From a virus, in the IMG/VR virus record IMGVR_UViG_3300017728_002360: DNA of 64,000 nt; one strand, written 5' to 3'. Below the pieces are notes generated by a model. The model did no database searches. It had not been told where the DNA came from and saw only the letters and a list, made by a program, of their open reading frames with translations. The position numbers and the translations under genes are program-made. Below, in pieces: positions 18,789 through 27,760 of the stretch; within the stretch, counting starts at the first letter, position 1, and each line of letters opens with the position of its first letter.

Positions 18789-19176
18789 AGACTTAATGGT
18801 TCAACAACAGGTAGAAAACTTATGGCAACACTTTGTAGGTGTTATATGTTTAAATCAAACAGGTAGAATACAAGTTAAAAGAGTACTACCAGAGTTTTTT
18901 GATAGATGGCCAACGCCAGAGAAGTTTCTTAGAAGCAGAAAAGCAACTGTTATTAACGTAATAAAAAGTTTAGGATTTTATAATAGACGTGAGAACGCAA
19001 TTAGAAAGATGACAAAAGACTTTCTAACTTGGGATAAGGTAGATGCTACAAAGTTATATGGCATCGGCAAATACGGATCAGATAGTTACGAGTTATTCTA
19101 TAACAAACGTGTACCTGAGAACGTAGGTGATCATGAATTAAAAAGATACATTAAGGAAGAGTTTTATGGAGTTTAG
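18781..19176 (+). CDS. HhH DNA glycosylase, MBD4-like
   Basis: W..FV..I.LNQT, WPTPE, LGFYN.R, HhH LYGIGKYGSDSY, D-H..L..Y aligning to the MBD4 catalytic Asp region. Confidence 0.8.
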   Translation: MREDLMVQQQVENLWQHFVGVICLNQTGRIQVKRVLPEFFDRWPTPEKFLRSRKATVINVIKSLGFYNRRENAIRKMTKDFLTWDKVDATKLYGIGKYGSDSYELFYNKRVPENVGDHELKRYIKEEFYGV

Positions 19177-19588
19177 TCAAATACCTTGGAAAGACGTGTT
19201 AGTAGACACTAGACAATTTACTGTGTTTAAGGACAAGTATCCGGTTACAGAAGGACATATTCTTTTTGTACCTAAAGTAGAAGACTGGGATCATTTGACA
19301 GAATGTTTTAAGGCCGCTTACAAATGGGGCTATGATTGGGTTGAACGTGGATACTGTGATGCTTTTAACATAGGACAGAACGTAGGCAAAGAAGCAGGAC
19401 AAAGTGTAATGTGGCCACACGTACATTTGATTCCTAGGCGTGAAGGTGATATGGCAGATCCTAAAGGAGGTGTGCGAGGAGTGTTGCCACATAAGCAAAA
19501 ATATATAGATAAGGATCTAAATATACGTGAAGGTAAATTTACAACAGAAGAAATTATTGAAGCACAAGAGAGGATCTTAAATAAATGA
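19166..19588 (+). CDS. HIT family nucleotide hydrolase
   Basis: DKYPVTEGHILFVPK, FNIGQNVGKEAGQSV, WPHVHLIPR. Confidence 0.88.
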   Translation: MEFSQIPWKDVLVDTRQFTVFKDKYPVTEGHILFVPKVEDWDHLTECFKAAYKWGYDWVERGYCDAFNIGQNVGKEAGQSVMWPHVHLIPRREGDMADPKGGVRGVLPHKQKYIDKDLNIREGKFTTEEIIEAQERILNK

Positions 19589-20472
19589 GAATTGCGGCTC
19601 TAGGTTGTAGTCATACTTGCGGATATCATGTTAAGGATATGCCTGAGGATAAAGTGTTGGATATTAACACTTGGCCTTTCAGTGGCAAGTGGAATGACAA
19701 CAACTGGGCAGAATTCTACATCAATAACAAAGATGCTGACGGAGTTATATTTGCTAACAGTAGTAATGGCTGGTGGGAATATAGCGAATGGTTAAGTCAT
19801 TTGTTTAAGACATACGATGACATAAAAGAAGTTGTCGTACAGAACACATACTGGAATCGTTTTAGATTAAGCATGATGGATCCACCGGATTATGAGAACA
19901 TGGTTCCTTTAGATGAACTGTATCATCTGGAACATAAAAAAGGCAATATCGACTTATGGTTAAAAAGAATACACAACGAAAAGAGAGATGTATTTGATAT
20001 TCCTTTCCAATGTTACCCTCAGGACTATTCTGATAGGTTACATTTTAACGTAAAATTCAATCCAAGATTTATGGTTGACGAACCTGACTTAAGAGCAGAG
20101 CCGTTTATGAAAGTAAAGACTTGGATGGAAATTATGTCACTTAAAGCACAACGTGAGTGGTTTAAGGAGATGTACATACTGCAAGAGTTATGCAGAAACA
20201 ATGGGGCTGAACTTAAATTATTCAGTCTAAACAAATGGACTTGGATACCAGATGAAATGCTTATTCCAAAGTTAAGAAATTCTTTTTATAACTTTGACTA
20301 CATCCAGGTCGCAACCAATCATGTAGAAGAATGGTTTCTACGTGAAAAGAACGTGGATATTACTAAAGAAACAATCGATGGAGAACACTTCGGAGAAGAC
20401 ATCCATAAGATTATTGCCTTAGAATATCTGCCACAACAATTTGAAAGGAAATCAAATGTCCAACAGAGCTAA
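19585..20472 (+). CDS. SGNH-hydrolase-like hypothetical protein
   Basis: N-terminal ALGCSHT; C-terminal DGEH. Confidence 0.5.
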   Translation: MRIAALGCSHTCGYHVKDMPEDKVLDINTWPFSGKWNDNNWAEFYINNKDADGVIFANSSNGWWEYSEWLSHLFKTYDDIKEVVVQNTYWNRFRLSMMDPPDYENMVPLDELYHLEHKKGNIDLWLKRIHNEKRDVFDIPFQCYPQDYSDRLHFNVKFNPRFMVDEPDLRAEPFMKVKTWMEIMSLKAQREWFKEMYILQELCRNNGAELKLFSLNKWTWIPDEMLIPKLRNSFYNFDYIQVATNHVEEWFLREKNVDITKETIDGEHFGEDIHKIIALEYLPQQFERKSNVQQS

Positions 20473-20665
20473 AATGATAGAAGCACTCAAGAGCCATGCA
20501 CAAGGACACATCGACAAACATAAAATGAATGTTGAAGTGTACCTAAATAATAGTGTAGGGATTGGCGAGCATCCGGACGTATTAGAAGCAATCGAAAAAG
20601 AATTAGCCGTTATTGCTCAGTACATGGATGAATTGGAAGTATTGAACAGATACTTTTCAGAATAA
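20456..20665 (+). CDS. Conserved small phage protein
   Basis: VYLNNSVGIGEHPD motif; AAGGA RBS. Confidence 0.65.
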   Translation: MSNRAKMIEALKSHAQGHIDKHKMNVEVYLNNSVGIGEHPDVLEAIEKELAVIAQYMDELEVLNRYFSE

Positions 20666-20667
20666 AC

Positions 20668-20696
20668 TTGACAAAAAACCTAAATAAGTGTATACT
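20668..20696 (+). promoter_or_regulatory. Sigma70-type promoter upstream of folE
   Basis: TTGACA-17 nt-TATACT; a CTAAATA late-like element lies in the spacer. Confidence 0.65.
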
Positions 20697-20742
20697 ATAA
20701 ACAAGTACAGGCAATCCACTGCCTTAACATCGGAGAAGAGAA

Positions 20743-21429
20743 TTGAAGAAAAGTGAAGAAATAATACAGAGGTTACAAGACTCAGGAGATAGATTCTGGG
20801 CTGGTGACAACATATCACAGCATCTACAACCGGGCGACAAAGATGCACTAATCGAAGAACTTACACCAAAGTTTGAAGAAGTGTTAGACAGCTTGGTTAT
20901 AGATCGTTTTAATGATCCTAACAGTATGGACACTGGTAGACGTCTTGCAAAGATGTATATCAATGAACTTATGCAAGGACGTTATAACCCAATGCCTAAT
21001 GCAACTGCATTTCCGAACCATGTAGAAGATGGTTATAAGGGTATGCTTGTTGTAAGAAGCGAAATTAAAAGTATGTGTTCACATCATCACCAACCAGTGA
21101 GTGGTGTTGCATACATTGGTATTATTGCCGCGGAAACACTCATTGGACTTTCTAAGTATACACGTATTGCTCAATGGTGTGCAAGAAGAGGTACACTACA
21201 AGAAGAACTTAATAATGTTATTGCTAATGAGATTGGTAAGGCAACTAACAGTCCTAACGTAGGTGTTTACATTCAAGCAACACATGGTTGTTGTGAGAAC
21301 AGAGGTATTATGGCAAGAAGTAGTTTAACACAAACTACAGTCTTACGTGGTGCATTTGAAAAAGACATGGGTACTAAAAAAGAGTTTATGGATAACATCA
21401 AATTACAACAGGAGTTTGCACGTGATTAG
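20743..21429 (+). CDS. folE: GTP cyclohydrolase I
   Basis: SMCSHHHQP, IGLSKYTR, LQE, ATHGCCENRG, TQTT..RG.F; TTG start. Confidence 0.95.
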   Translation: MKKSEEIIQRLQDSGDRFWAGDNISQHLQPGDKDALIEELTPKFEEVLDSLVIDRFNDPNSMDTGRRLAKMYINELMQGRYNPMPNATAFPNHVEDGYKGMLVVRSEIKSMCSHHHQPVSGVAYIGIIAAETLIGLSKYTRIAQWCARRGTLQEELNNVIANEIGKATNSPNVGVYIQATHGCCENRGIMARSSLTQTTVLRGAFEKDMGTKKEFMDNIKLQQEFARD

Positions 21430-21805
21430 AGAATGGATTGTATCAGGTTGGAATGGTATTATGGATCATAGAGTTAATCCATTAAGACATATCCCAGACT
21501 TACAGGTGCGTCATATGATGATGCAGATACTAGCATTTATGTGGTCAAGTATTTTTGCAATTTTAATTGTTGATAGTGTTTGGGCATTTGGCATTAGTGC
21601 TATTGCTCATATGCTTTTCGTTGCAGGAGTTGTTATTACTGTTGCAACATTTAAAGTTGTTGAAAGTAATCCAAACGCCTTTAACTTTGTTAAAGGTTAT
21701 CACTCATATGGCAGAGGCAGAGGTCATGTTATTATGAGAGATAAAAATGGTCTTCCTTATAAAGTAGATTTACCTAAAGGAGATCCAGGAGGAGAACATG
21801 AGTAA
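21422..21805 (+). CDS. Membrane hypothetical protein
   Basis: NPLRHIPD..RH..MQILAFMW plus hydrophobic helices; DPGGEHE end. Confidence 0.65.
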   Translation: MIREWIVSGWNGIMDHRVNPLRHIPDLQVRHMMMQILAFMWSSIFAILIVDSVWAFGISAIAHMLFVAGVVITVATFKVVESNPNAFNFVKGYHSYGRGRGHVIMRDKNGLPYKVDLPKGDPGGEHE

Positions 21806-22001
21806 AATTAGTATAGCAAACAAAGACCCAGGTGATAATCACTTTAGTGTAAGCCTTGTTAAAAGTATATTCCGAATGGTAGCCTGTGGCTGTTTAGTCT
21901 ACGGCGGATATATGTTAGAAGCATGGGGCTGGCCTTTTATGGCCGCAGGAGCCATCTTGTTTATTGCAGAGGTCTTAGGAATAATAGAGGAGATAGTTTA
22001 A
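21798..22001 (+). CDS. Small membrane protein
   Basis: HF.VSLVKS..R, AEVLGIIEE. Confidence 0.6.
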   Translation: MSKISIANKDPGDNHFSVSLVKSIFRMVACGCLVYGGYMLEAWGWPFMAAGAILFIAEVLGIIEEIV

Positions 22002-22189
22002 TGAAGGAAGGTCCAATGAAACAACATATCGATAGAGATACTGACGGCGTGATCAAACAAGAATTCATTACGTATCGTAAGAAAGATGGTATGCTTATAA
22101 AAGAATCTACTATTAGAACTTTTAGAGGAACAGACGGTGACTATAACGATAGTTACTACCATGAACCATTAGTTAAAATAAGTGAATAG
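22001..22189 (+). CDS. Hypothetical protein
   Basis: Likely start ATG 22001 (TAATG coupling). Confidence 0.55.
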   Translation: MKEGPMKQHIDRDTDGVIKQEFITYRKKDGMLIKESTIRTFRGTDGDYNDSYYHEPLVKISE

Positions 22190-22191
22190 AA

Positions 22192-23088
22192 ATGGCAGAG
22201 AAGAAATATTATTACAGTGAAATATTTCATTCGATACAGGGTGAAGGACACTATACAGGTGTGCCTACTGCTTGGATACGTTTCTTCTTGTGTAACTTAC
22301 AATGTAGTGGGTTTGGACAAGTAGATCCTACAAATCCTGACACATATGATCTTCCGTTTTTAGATTATGATGTAAGCCAAGTAAAAAGAGTTGAAGACTT
22401 ACCTGTTTGGGAAAAAGGTTGTGATTCTAGTTATACTTGGGCTAAGAAGTATAAACACTTGATGGGTCAAGAAACTCCTGATTCTTTAGCAAACAAGATT
22501 GTTGATATACTAAAGACAGAGTCGAACCCAGAAGGCAAGTTCTTACATCCTATGAGTAAGCAAAGACAACACTTATGCTTTACAGGTGGTGAGCCTTTAA
22601 TGATTACTGGACAACAGGCAAGTGTTGGTATATATGAAGAATTATTAAAACAAGGTAATTTACCAGAGTCAATGACTTTTGAAACTAACGGTACACAAAA
22701 GTTAAGAGAGCCTTTTAAAGAATGGGCTACAGGAATTGATCAAGAAGTATTCTTTAGTTGTAGTCCTAAACTGTTTACAGTATCAGGTGAACAAACTAAG
22801 AAAGCTATTATTCCAGAAGTAGTTGGAGAATATTATCAAGTTTCTAACAAAGGACAATTAAAGTTTGTTGTAGGTAGTGAACAAAGACAATGGGACGAGA
22901 TGGACGAAGCTATAGAGAAATTTAGATCAGCAGGTTGTAATTGGCCTGTATGGATCATGCCCGTTGGGGCTAGAGAAGAAGAGCAAACTGCGACAGCAGG
23001 TGACGTTGCTAAACTGGCATTTCAAAGAGGTTATAACGTGGCGGCAAGAGTACACGTATACTTGTTTGGTAATGCGATAGGCACTTAG
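22192..23088 (+). CDS. queE: 7-carboxy-7-deazaguanine synthase (radical SAM)
   Basis: SEIFHSIQGEG..TGVP..WIRF, CNLQC...GCDS with a long insertion before the third Cys, TGGEP, ETNGT, SPKL, RVH..LFGN. Confidence 0.88.
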   Translation: MAEKKYYYSEIFHSIQGEGHYTGVPTAWIRFFLCNLQCSGFGQVDPTNPDTYDLPFLDYDVSQVKRVEDLPVWEKGCDSSYTWAKKYKHLMGQETPDSLANKIVDILKTESNPEGKFLHPMSKQRQHLCFTGGEPLMITGQQASVGIYEELLKQGNLPESMTFETNGTQKLREPFKEWATGIDQEVFFSCSPKLFTVSGEQTKKAIIPEVVGEYYQVSNKGQLKFVVGSEQRQWDEMDEAIEKFRSAGCNWPVWIMPVGAREEEQTATAGDVAKLAFQRGYNVAARVHVYLFGNAIGT

Positions 23089-23099
23089 GAGGTGTTATT

Positions 23100-23441
23100 A
23101 TGAAAATGTTAATAGCTATATTAGTTTTGTTTACTGCGGTGGCAGTTTACACAGACACAAAGGCGGCTGAATGGAATCAGAAGCCTGTTATGTGTGCGGA
23201 TTGGGAAACAGTGAAACAGGGGTTGCTCAATAGAGGAGAGATACTTCGTTTTCAAGGAACACAGGCAACAAAGGTATATGGTGGTGAAGGACTATCAGAT
23301 ACTACTGCATTTATACCAATGTCAGTTTGGGTCAATCCAAAAACAAATTCGTATACAATACTAGAGTTTCATCCAAGTTATCAATCACATTGTATTCTTA
23401 GTTTTGGTAATGATTGGAGAATAGAAGGAGAAAACTTATGA
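23100..23441 (+). CDS. Hypothetical exported protein
   Basis: Signal-peptide-like N-terminus; KPVMC...C pair. Confidence 0.6.
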   Translation: MKMLIAILVLFTAVAVYTDTKAAEWNQKPVMCADWETVKQGLLNRGEILRFQGTQATKVYGGEGLSDTTAFIPMSVWVNPKTNSYTILEFHPSYQSHCILSFGNDWRIEGENL

Positions 23442-23821
23442 AAGACTTTATAAACAAGGTCAAAGATAAGTTCGTTAAGAAAGGTCCAGTAGAAGAAACG
23501 TCTGAAGAGAAAAGACTACGTATTTTACAGGAAGAAAAGAAACAAGCAACAAAGGATAAAAAGCCTTGGGTTGCAGTTTTGAATACCCATGTTAATCCAA
23601 AGGATATCAAAAACGGATTCTTTGAATTGGATTGGAATAACGAATTTATTGAACAACTACTAGACGCAGGATACTCTGGAGAAACAAACGAGCAGATTGT
23701 TGATGCATGGTTTAAGACTATTGCAAGAAACATTTTGGAAGAACAAGGTTTGGATCCTAAGAGAGATGCTGGTCATATAAAGATCAATAAACGTAAAGAT
23801 GGCAAGACAGAAGTTTCTTGA
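23438..23821 (+). CDS. Conserved hypothetical protein
   Basis: PWVAV, GFFELDWNNEFI..L..AGY.G, WF. Confidence 0.65.
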   Translation: MKDFINKVKDKFVKKGPVEETSEEKRLRILQEEKKQATKDKKPWVAVLNTHVNPKDIKNGFFELDWNNEFIEQLLDAGYSGETNEQIVDAWFKTIARNILEEQGLDPKRDAGHIKINKRKDGKTEVS

Positions 23822-23846
23822 CAACGTGTTAATTTTGTGCTATAAT
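23818..23846 (+). promoter_or_regulatory. Sigma70-type promoter with extended -10
   Basis: TTGACA-17 nt-(TGc)TATAAT, perfect consensus. Confidence 0.75.
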
Positions 23847-23879
23847 TTAAACATAATAGAAAATTAAATAGGTAATAAA

Positions 23880-24866
23880 ATGAAATATGTTCTTATAGAT
23901 ACTGCGAATACTTTCTTTAGAGCTCGCCATGTAGTACGAGGCGAATTGGACATAAAGGTAGGTATGGCATTTCATATTACGTTCAATAGTATTAAAAAGG
24001 CATGGCAAGACTTTGATGGCAGTCATGTTGTGTTCTGTTTAGAAGGCAGAAGCTGGCGTAAGGATTTTTATGAGCCTTACAAACGTAACAGAAAAGAAAG
24101 TAGAGATGCACTAACAGAAGCACAGGCAGAAGAAGAAAAAGTGTTCTGGGAAACATTTGATAACTTTAAAAACTTTGTTACAGAAAAGACTAACTGTACT
24201 GTACTGCAACACAATGAACTAGAAGCAGATGATCTTATTGCAGGTTGGGTACAAGCACACCCAGATGACGAACACGTTATTATCAGCACAGACGGAGACT
24301 TTGCACAACTTATTAGCCCTAAGGTTACACAGTATAACGGTGTTAGCAATACAACTATTACACACGAAGGTTACTTTGATGACAAGGGTAAGAAGATTAT
24401 AGATAAGAAAACTAAAGCAGAAAAACTTGCACCTAACCCTGAGTGGTTACTGTTTGAAAAGTGTATGAGAGGCGACACTAGTGACAACGTGTTTAGTGCT
24501 TATCCTGGTGTAAGAGTAAAAGGCACTAAGAACAAGGTAGGCTTACAAGAAGCATTTGCAGATAAAAGCAATAAAGGCTATGCTTGGAATAACTTAATGT
24601 TACAACGTTGGGTTGATCATGAAGGTGTAGAACATAGAGTATTAGATGATTATAATCGTAATGTAATACTATGTGATCTTACTGCACAACCTGAGAACAT
24701 TAAAGAGAAAATTACAACAACTATTCAAGAGAATGCACAACCTAAGAACATTAAACAAGTAGGTTTGCGTCTTATGAAGTTCTGTGCATTGTATGATATG
24801 CAAAGAATAACTGATAATGCTCAGGCTTACGCCGAACCATTACAAGCGAGGTATCCTGTACTATGA
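23880..24866 (+). CDS. rnh: RNase H / 5'-3' exonuclease (T4 rnh, FEN-like)
   Basis: LIDTAN.FFR, SWRKDFYEPYK.NR, EADDLIA, ISTDGDF.QL, GDTSDNV. Confidence 0.9.
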   Translation: MKYVLIDTANTFFRARHVVRGELDIKVGMAFHITFNSIKKAWQDFDGSHVVFCLEGRSWRKDFYEPYKRNRKESRDALTEAQAEEEKVFWETFDNFKNFVTEKTNCTVLQHNELEADDLIAGWVQAHPDDEHVIISTDGDFAQLISPKVTQYNGVSNTTITHEGYFDDKGKKIIDKKTKAEKLAPNPEWLLFEKCMRGDTSDNVFSAYPGVRVKGTKNKVGLQEAFADKSNKGYAWNNLMLQRWVDHEGVEHRVLDDYNRNVILCDLTAQPENIKEKITTTIQENAQPKNIKQVGLRLMKFCALYDMQRITDNAQAYAEPLQARYPVL

Positions 24867-25345
24867 CACATTTAAAAGCAAACGAAATATTAAAAAATAA
24901 ATTCTGGATCATCGAGGACACTGATAGTAAGACTAAAGTTGGTACTCTGTCCAAAGACAACGATAATAGATATATGTATAGTTGCGATACTGGTTCGTAT
25001 TTCTATGATAATAAAAATGCAGTAGAAAACACATTAGGTAATATACTATGGACAAAAGGTAGTATATCAGATAAGGTATCACCAAGCAAAGAGATCTATA
25101 ACTTGCCTACATCAACTACTCCATATAATACTATGTACGATATTAAACGTAAATTTGGTCTGTTTACTAAAAGTAAAAAGTCTAAGAGTTTGTATTGTGC
25201 AGGTTATTTTTGTATACACTTTGAAAAAGGTTGGGTTAAAAGTTTTTGTCCTAAGCTAGTTACACTAGAGAAGTATCAGTATAAAGGACCATTTAAGACT
25301 GAATTAGAAATGCGTCAGGAGTTAAGTAATGTCAACAGAGGCTAA
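24863..25345 (+). CDS. Conserved hypothetical protein
   Basis: KFWII, FTKSKKSKS.YCAGY, FCPKL.TL..Y...GPFKT. Confidence 0.65.
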   Translation: MTHLKANEILKNKFWIIEDTDSKTKVGTLSKDNDNRYMYSCDTGSYFYDNKNAVENTLGNILWTKGSISDKVSPSKEIYNLPTSTTPYNTMYDIKRKFGLFTKSKKSKSLYCAGYFCIHFEKGWVKSFCPKLVTLEKYQYKGPFKTELEMRQELSNVNRG

Positions 25346-25544
25346 TTATAGTTCACACGATTGGCGTAAGAACACAGATGACGCTATTGTGGTTGCTTCA
25401 GATATAGGAATCAAATTAGAAGTAAACAAAAGCAAAGTAATCTTTACTAATCCTAAAACACTTAAAACTGAAGAAGTAGATGTTTCAAGACTTGTTAGAG
25501 TGTTTGTGAATAATAGAGATGATCTAAAAAGGAGTGTCAAATAA
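25329..25544 (+). CDS. Hypothetical protein
   Basis: 71 aa with AGGAG RBS. Confidence 0.55.
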   Translation: MSTEANYSSHDWRKNTDDAIVVASDIGIKLEVNKSKVIFTNPKTLKTEEVDVSRLVRVFVNNRDDLKRSVK

Positions 25545-25783
25545 TGTCAGAAGTTAAACCTTTAAATCCTATTCCGCTACAACAGTTCATTGATAAAGTG
25601 AAAGTAGCAGATATGCAAAAGACTCCAGAGATTAGACTTACACTACAAGAGTCTAAGATACTTGCATTTACACTAGGCGAAGTAATGTCTAGACTACACG
25701 GCGATTTAGAAAAGCTAGTAGACCAACAAAACAAGACAGAAGAAGTAATTAACGTTACCGCAGATGGCGGTCAATCCTGGTAA
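25544..25783 (+). CDS. Hypothetical protein
   Basis: 79 aa with AGGAG RBS, ending DGGQSW. Confidence 0.6.
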   Translation: MSEVKPLNPIPLQQFIDKVKVADMQKTPEIRLTLQESKILAFTLGEVMSRLHGDLEKLVDQQNKTEEVINVTADGGQSW

Positions 25784-25802
25784 TCCTATAAGCTCATAAC
25801 CT

Positions 25803-25822
25803 AGTAATATACGTATATTACT
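25803..25822. repeat. Perfect 20-bp palindrome (candidate operator)
   Basis: AGTAATATAC|GTATATTACT, intergenic, just upstream of GATAAATA (25833-25840). Confidence 0.7.
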
Positions 25823-25857
25823 CTTGAAAAGAGATAAATATATGTATAGAGGAAAAG

Positions 25858-26148
25858 ATGAGCAGACCTAAACCAACAGTAGTGCTAGAGCACGTTAACA
25901 AAAAAACTTATAAATCTGAGCAAGTCTTAGATGCGGAAGCCATTTGGGCAGTATTCTTTAAGGACAAACCTTTTAATTTAAAAAGTTCAAATGTGTTAAC
26001 AAACTATCCTGGACCTAAATACAAGAAAGTATCTTTTTCAAATCCAGGTCATGCACACAATCTAGCTAAAAAATTAAACGACCTATTCAACTGCGAAGAC
26101 TTTTCAGTAGTCAAACTTACTGCTGGCGAAACAGTAAAAGAAGTTTAG
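25858..26148 (+). CDS. Conserved hypothetical protein
   Basis: MSRPKP, WAVF, GPKYKKVSFSNPGHA.NLA. Confidence 0.7.
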   Translation: MSRPKPTVVLEHVNKKTYKSEQVLDAEAIWAVFFKDKPFNLKSSNVLTNYPGPKYKKVSFSNPGHAHNLAKKLNDLFNCEDFSVVKLTAGETVKEV

Positions 26149-26149
26149 A

Positions 26150-26539
26150 ATGAACTGGAAAGAAACCTATACAAAGGTGTTCTTGAAGCAGGCCAACATA
26201 GCAATAAGCGAAAGCTCATTGAAAGAGTATATGCCATTATGGTGGCAGAATACAAGAGAAGTTGGTGGTCTTAGATTAACAGAAGAAGGTATGTTATTCT
26301 TAATGGAAAAGATAGAACTAGCAACTTATGAAGTTCCTTTTCCGCCCGAATTCAAAATAACAACTCAAGTTATTTTATTTTTGGACAAGTTTATTGACTG
26401 TCCATATTACGTTACCAATAAAGGAATCACTGTTACGGAGGAAAAGAAGGCACTCGAACTGCATCTTTTCAGTGGTGATGTTCGCAAGTACGGCCTAAAT
26501 AAAGCTCTAAAACGGACAGATGAAGTAACAAACCCTTGA
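26150..26539 (+). CDS. Conserved hypothetical protein
   Basis: WWQN.R..GLRLTEEG, LDKFIDCPYY, LFSGD. Confidence 0.7.
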   Translation: MNWKETYTKVFLKQANIAISESSLKEYMPLWWQNTREVGGLRLTEEGMLFLMEKIELATYEVPFPPEFKITTQVILFLDKFIDCPYYVTNKGITVTEEKKALELHLFSGDVRKYGLNKALKRTDEVTNP

Positions 26540-26580
26540 TTTTACTACATAATTTTTCTTAAAAAAAGTGCATTTTCTGG

Positions 26581-26635
26581 TTGACCTTTTGGCTCAATGG
26601 TGTTATTATATATACATACTTAGAAATTAAGTATG
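26581..26635 (+). promoter_or_regulatory. Sigma70-type promoter plus 5' leader hairpin
   Basis: TTGACC-17 nt-(TGt)TATTAT, then CATACTTA-GAAAT-TAAGTATG (26615-26635). Confidence 0.6.
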
Positions 26636-26665
26636 GCACTGAAATAAACATATAAGGAGTACATT

Positions 26666-27760
26666 ATGGAAAACATCGCAATAAGACAAGTTAGTCCAAA
26701 TGGTGCAAAGAAAAGCATTGTTAGGGCATTCAAGAAACAAAGACCTATTTTTATTTGGGGACCTCCAGGTATTGGTAAGTCAGACATTGTATCACAGATT
26801 ACAGATACATTTGATAATTCACACTTAATTGATATTAGATTGAGTTTATGGGAACCTACAGATATTAAAGGTATGCCATATTATTCAGCTAATGATAATA
26901 CAATGAAATGGGCACCGCCTATTGAATTGCCAGACGCAAAGATGGCTAAGAAATATAAGACCATTGTTTTGTTCTTAGACGAAATGAATTCTGCGGCACC
27001 TAGTGTACAAGCCGCGGCATACCAACTAATTCTTAACAGACGTGTTGGTACTTATAAATTACCCGATAATGTTATGATTGTTGCCGCTGGTAACAGAGAA
27101 GCAGATAAGGGTGTAACTTACAGAATGCCTGCTCCATTGTCAAACAGGTTTGTTCACTTAGAAATTAAAGTGGACTTTGATGACTGGTTTGCTTGGGCAG
27201 TTGCTAACGACATCCATAAAGATGTTGTAGGTTACTTGACATTTGCAAAGAAAGACTTATATGACTTTGATCCTAAGAGCCCAAGTCGTTCATTTGCAAC
27301 ACCTCGTTCGTGGTCATTTGTTTCCGATTTATTGGAAGACGATGACGATGAAGCAACCACTACAGATCTTGTAAGTGGTTCAGTCGGCGAAGGACTAGCC
27401 GTTAAATTTATGGCACACAGAAAAGTGTCAGCTCACTTACCTAACCCAAGTGATATACTTGTTGGTAAGGTAAAAACAATGGAGACTAAAGAAATCAGTG
27501 CCATGTATTCCTTGACTGTCTCTCTTTGTTACGAGTTGAAAGAAGCGATTGATAAGAGCGATAAGAAGTTTGACGATAAAGTCAATAACTTTTTACGTTT
27601 TGCGATGGATAACTTTGATACCGAATTGGTTGTCATGGGTATTAAACTTGCTCTTACTCAATATCAACTTCCAATCGATCCAGATGAAGTTGAGTGCTTT
27701 GATGAGTTCCATGAAAGATACGGCAAGTACATTAAGGCCGCTCAAGGAGAAACTGCCTAA
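26666..27760 (+). CDS. MoxR-like AAA+ ATPase
   Basis: Walker A GPPGIGKS, Walker B LFLDE, AAGN, NRF, TPRSW. Confidence 0.9.
   Translation: MENIAIRQVSPNGAKKSIVRAFKKQRPIFIWGPPGIGKSDIVSQITDTFDNSHLIDIRLSLWEPTDIKGMPYYSANDNTMKWAPPIELPDAKMAKKYKTIVLFLDEMNSAAPSVQAAAYQLILNRRVGTYKLPDNVMIVAAGNREADKGVTYRMPAPLSNRFVHLEIKVDFDDWFAWAVANDIHKDVVGYLTFAKKDLYDFDPKSPSRSFATPRSWSFVSDLLEDDDDEATTTDLVSGSVGEGLAVKFMAHRKVSAHLPNPSDILVGKVKTMETKEISAMYSLTVSLCYELKEAIDKSDKKFDDKVNNFLRFAMDNFDTELVVMGIKLALTQYQLPIDPDEVECFDEFHERYGKYIKAAQGETA

Noticed and set aside
20709-20735. Canonical preQ1-I or THF-II riboswitch call
   Set aside because: The 6-nt loop and ~40-nt leader are too short for the consensus; kept only as a candidate novel element
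22192-23088. NrdG activase, or a broken CxxxCxxC motif
   Set aside because: SIQGEG, SPK and RxH motifs plus the folE context fit QueE. The CxxxCxGF...GCDS insertion form is a QueE variant I recall from other taxa.
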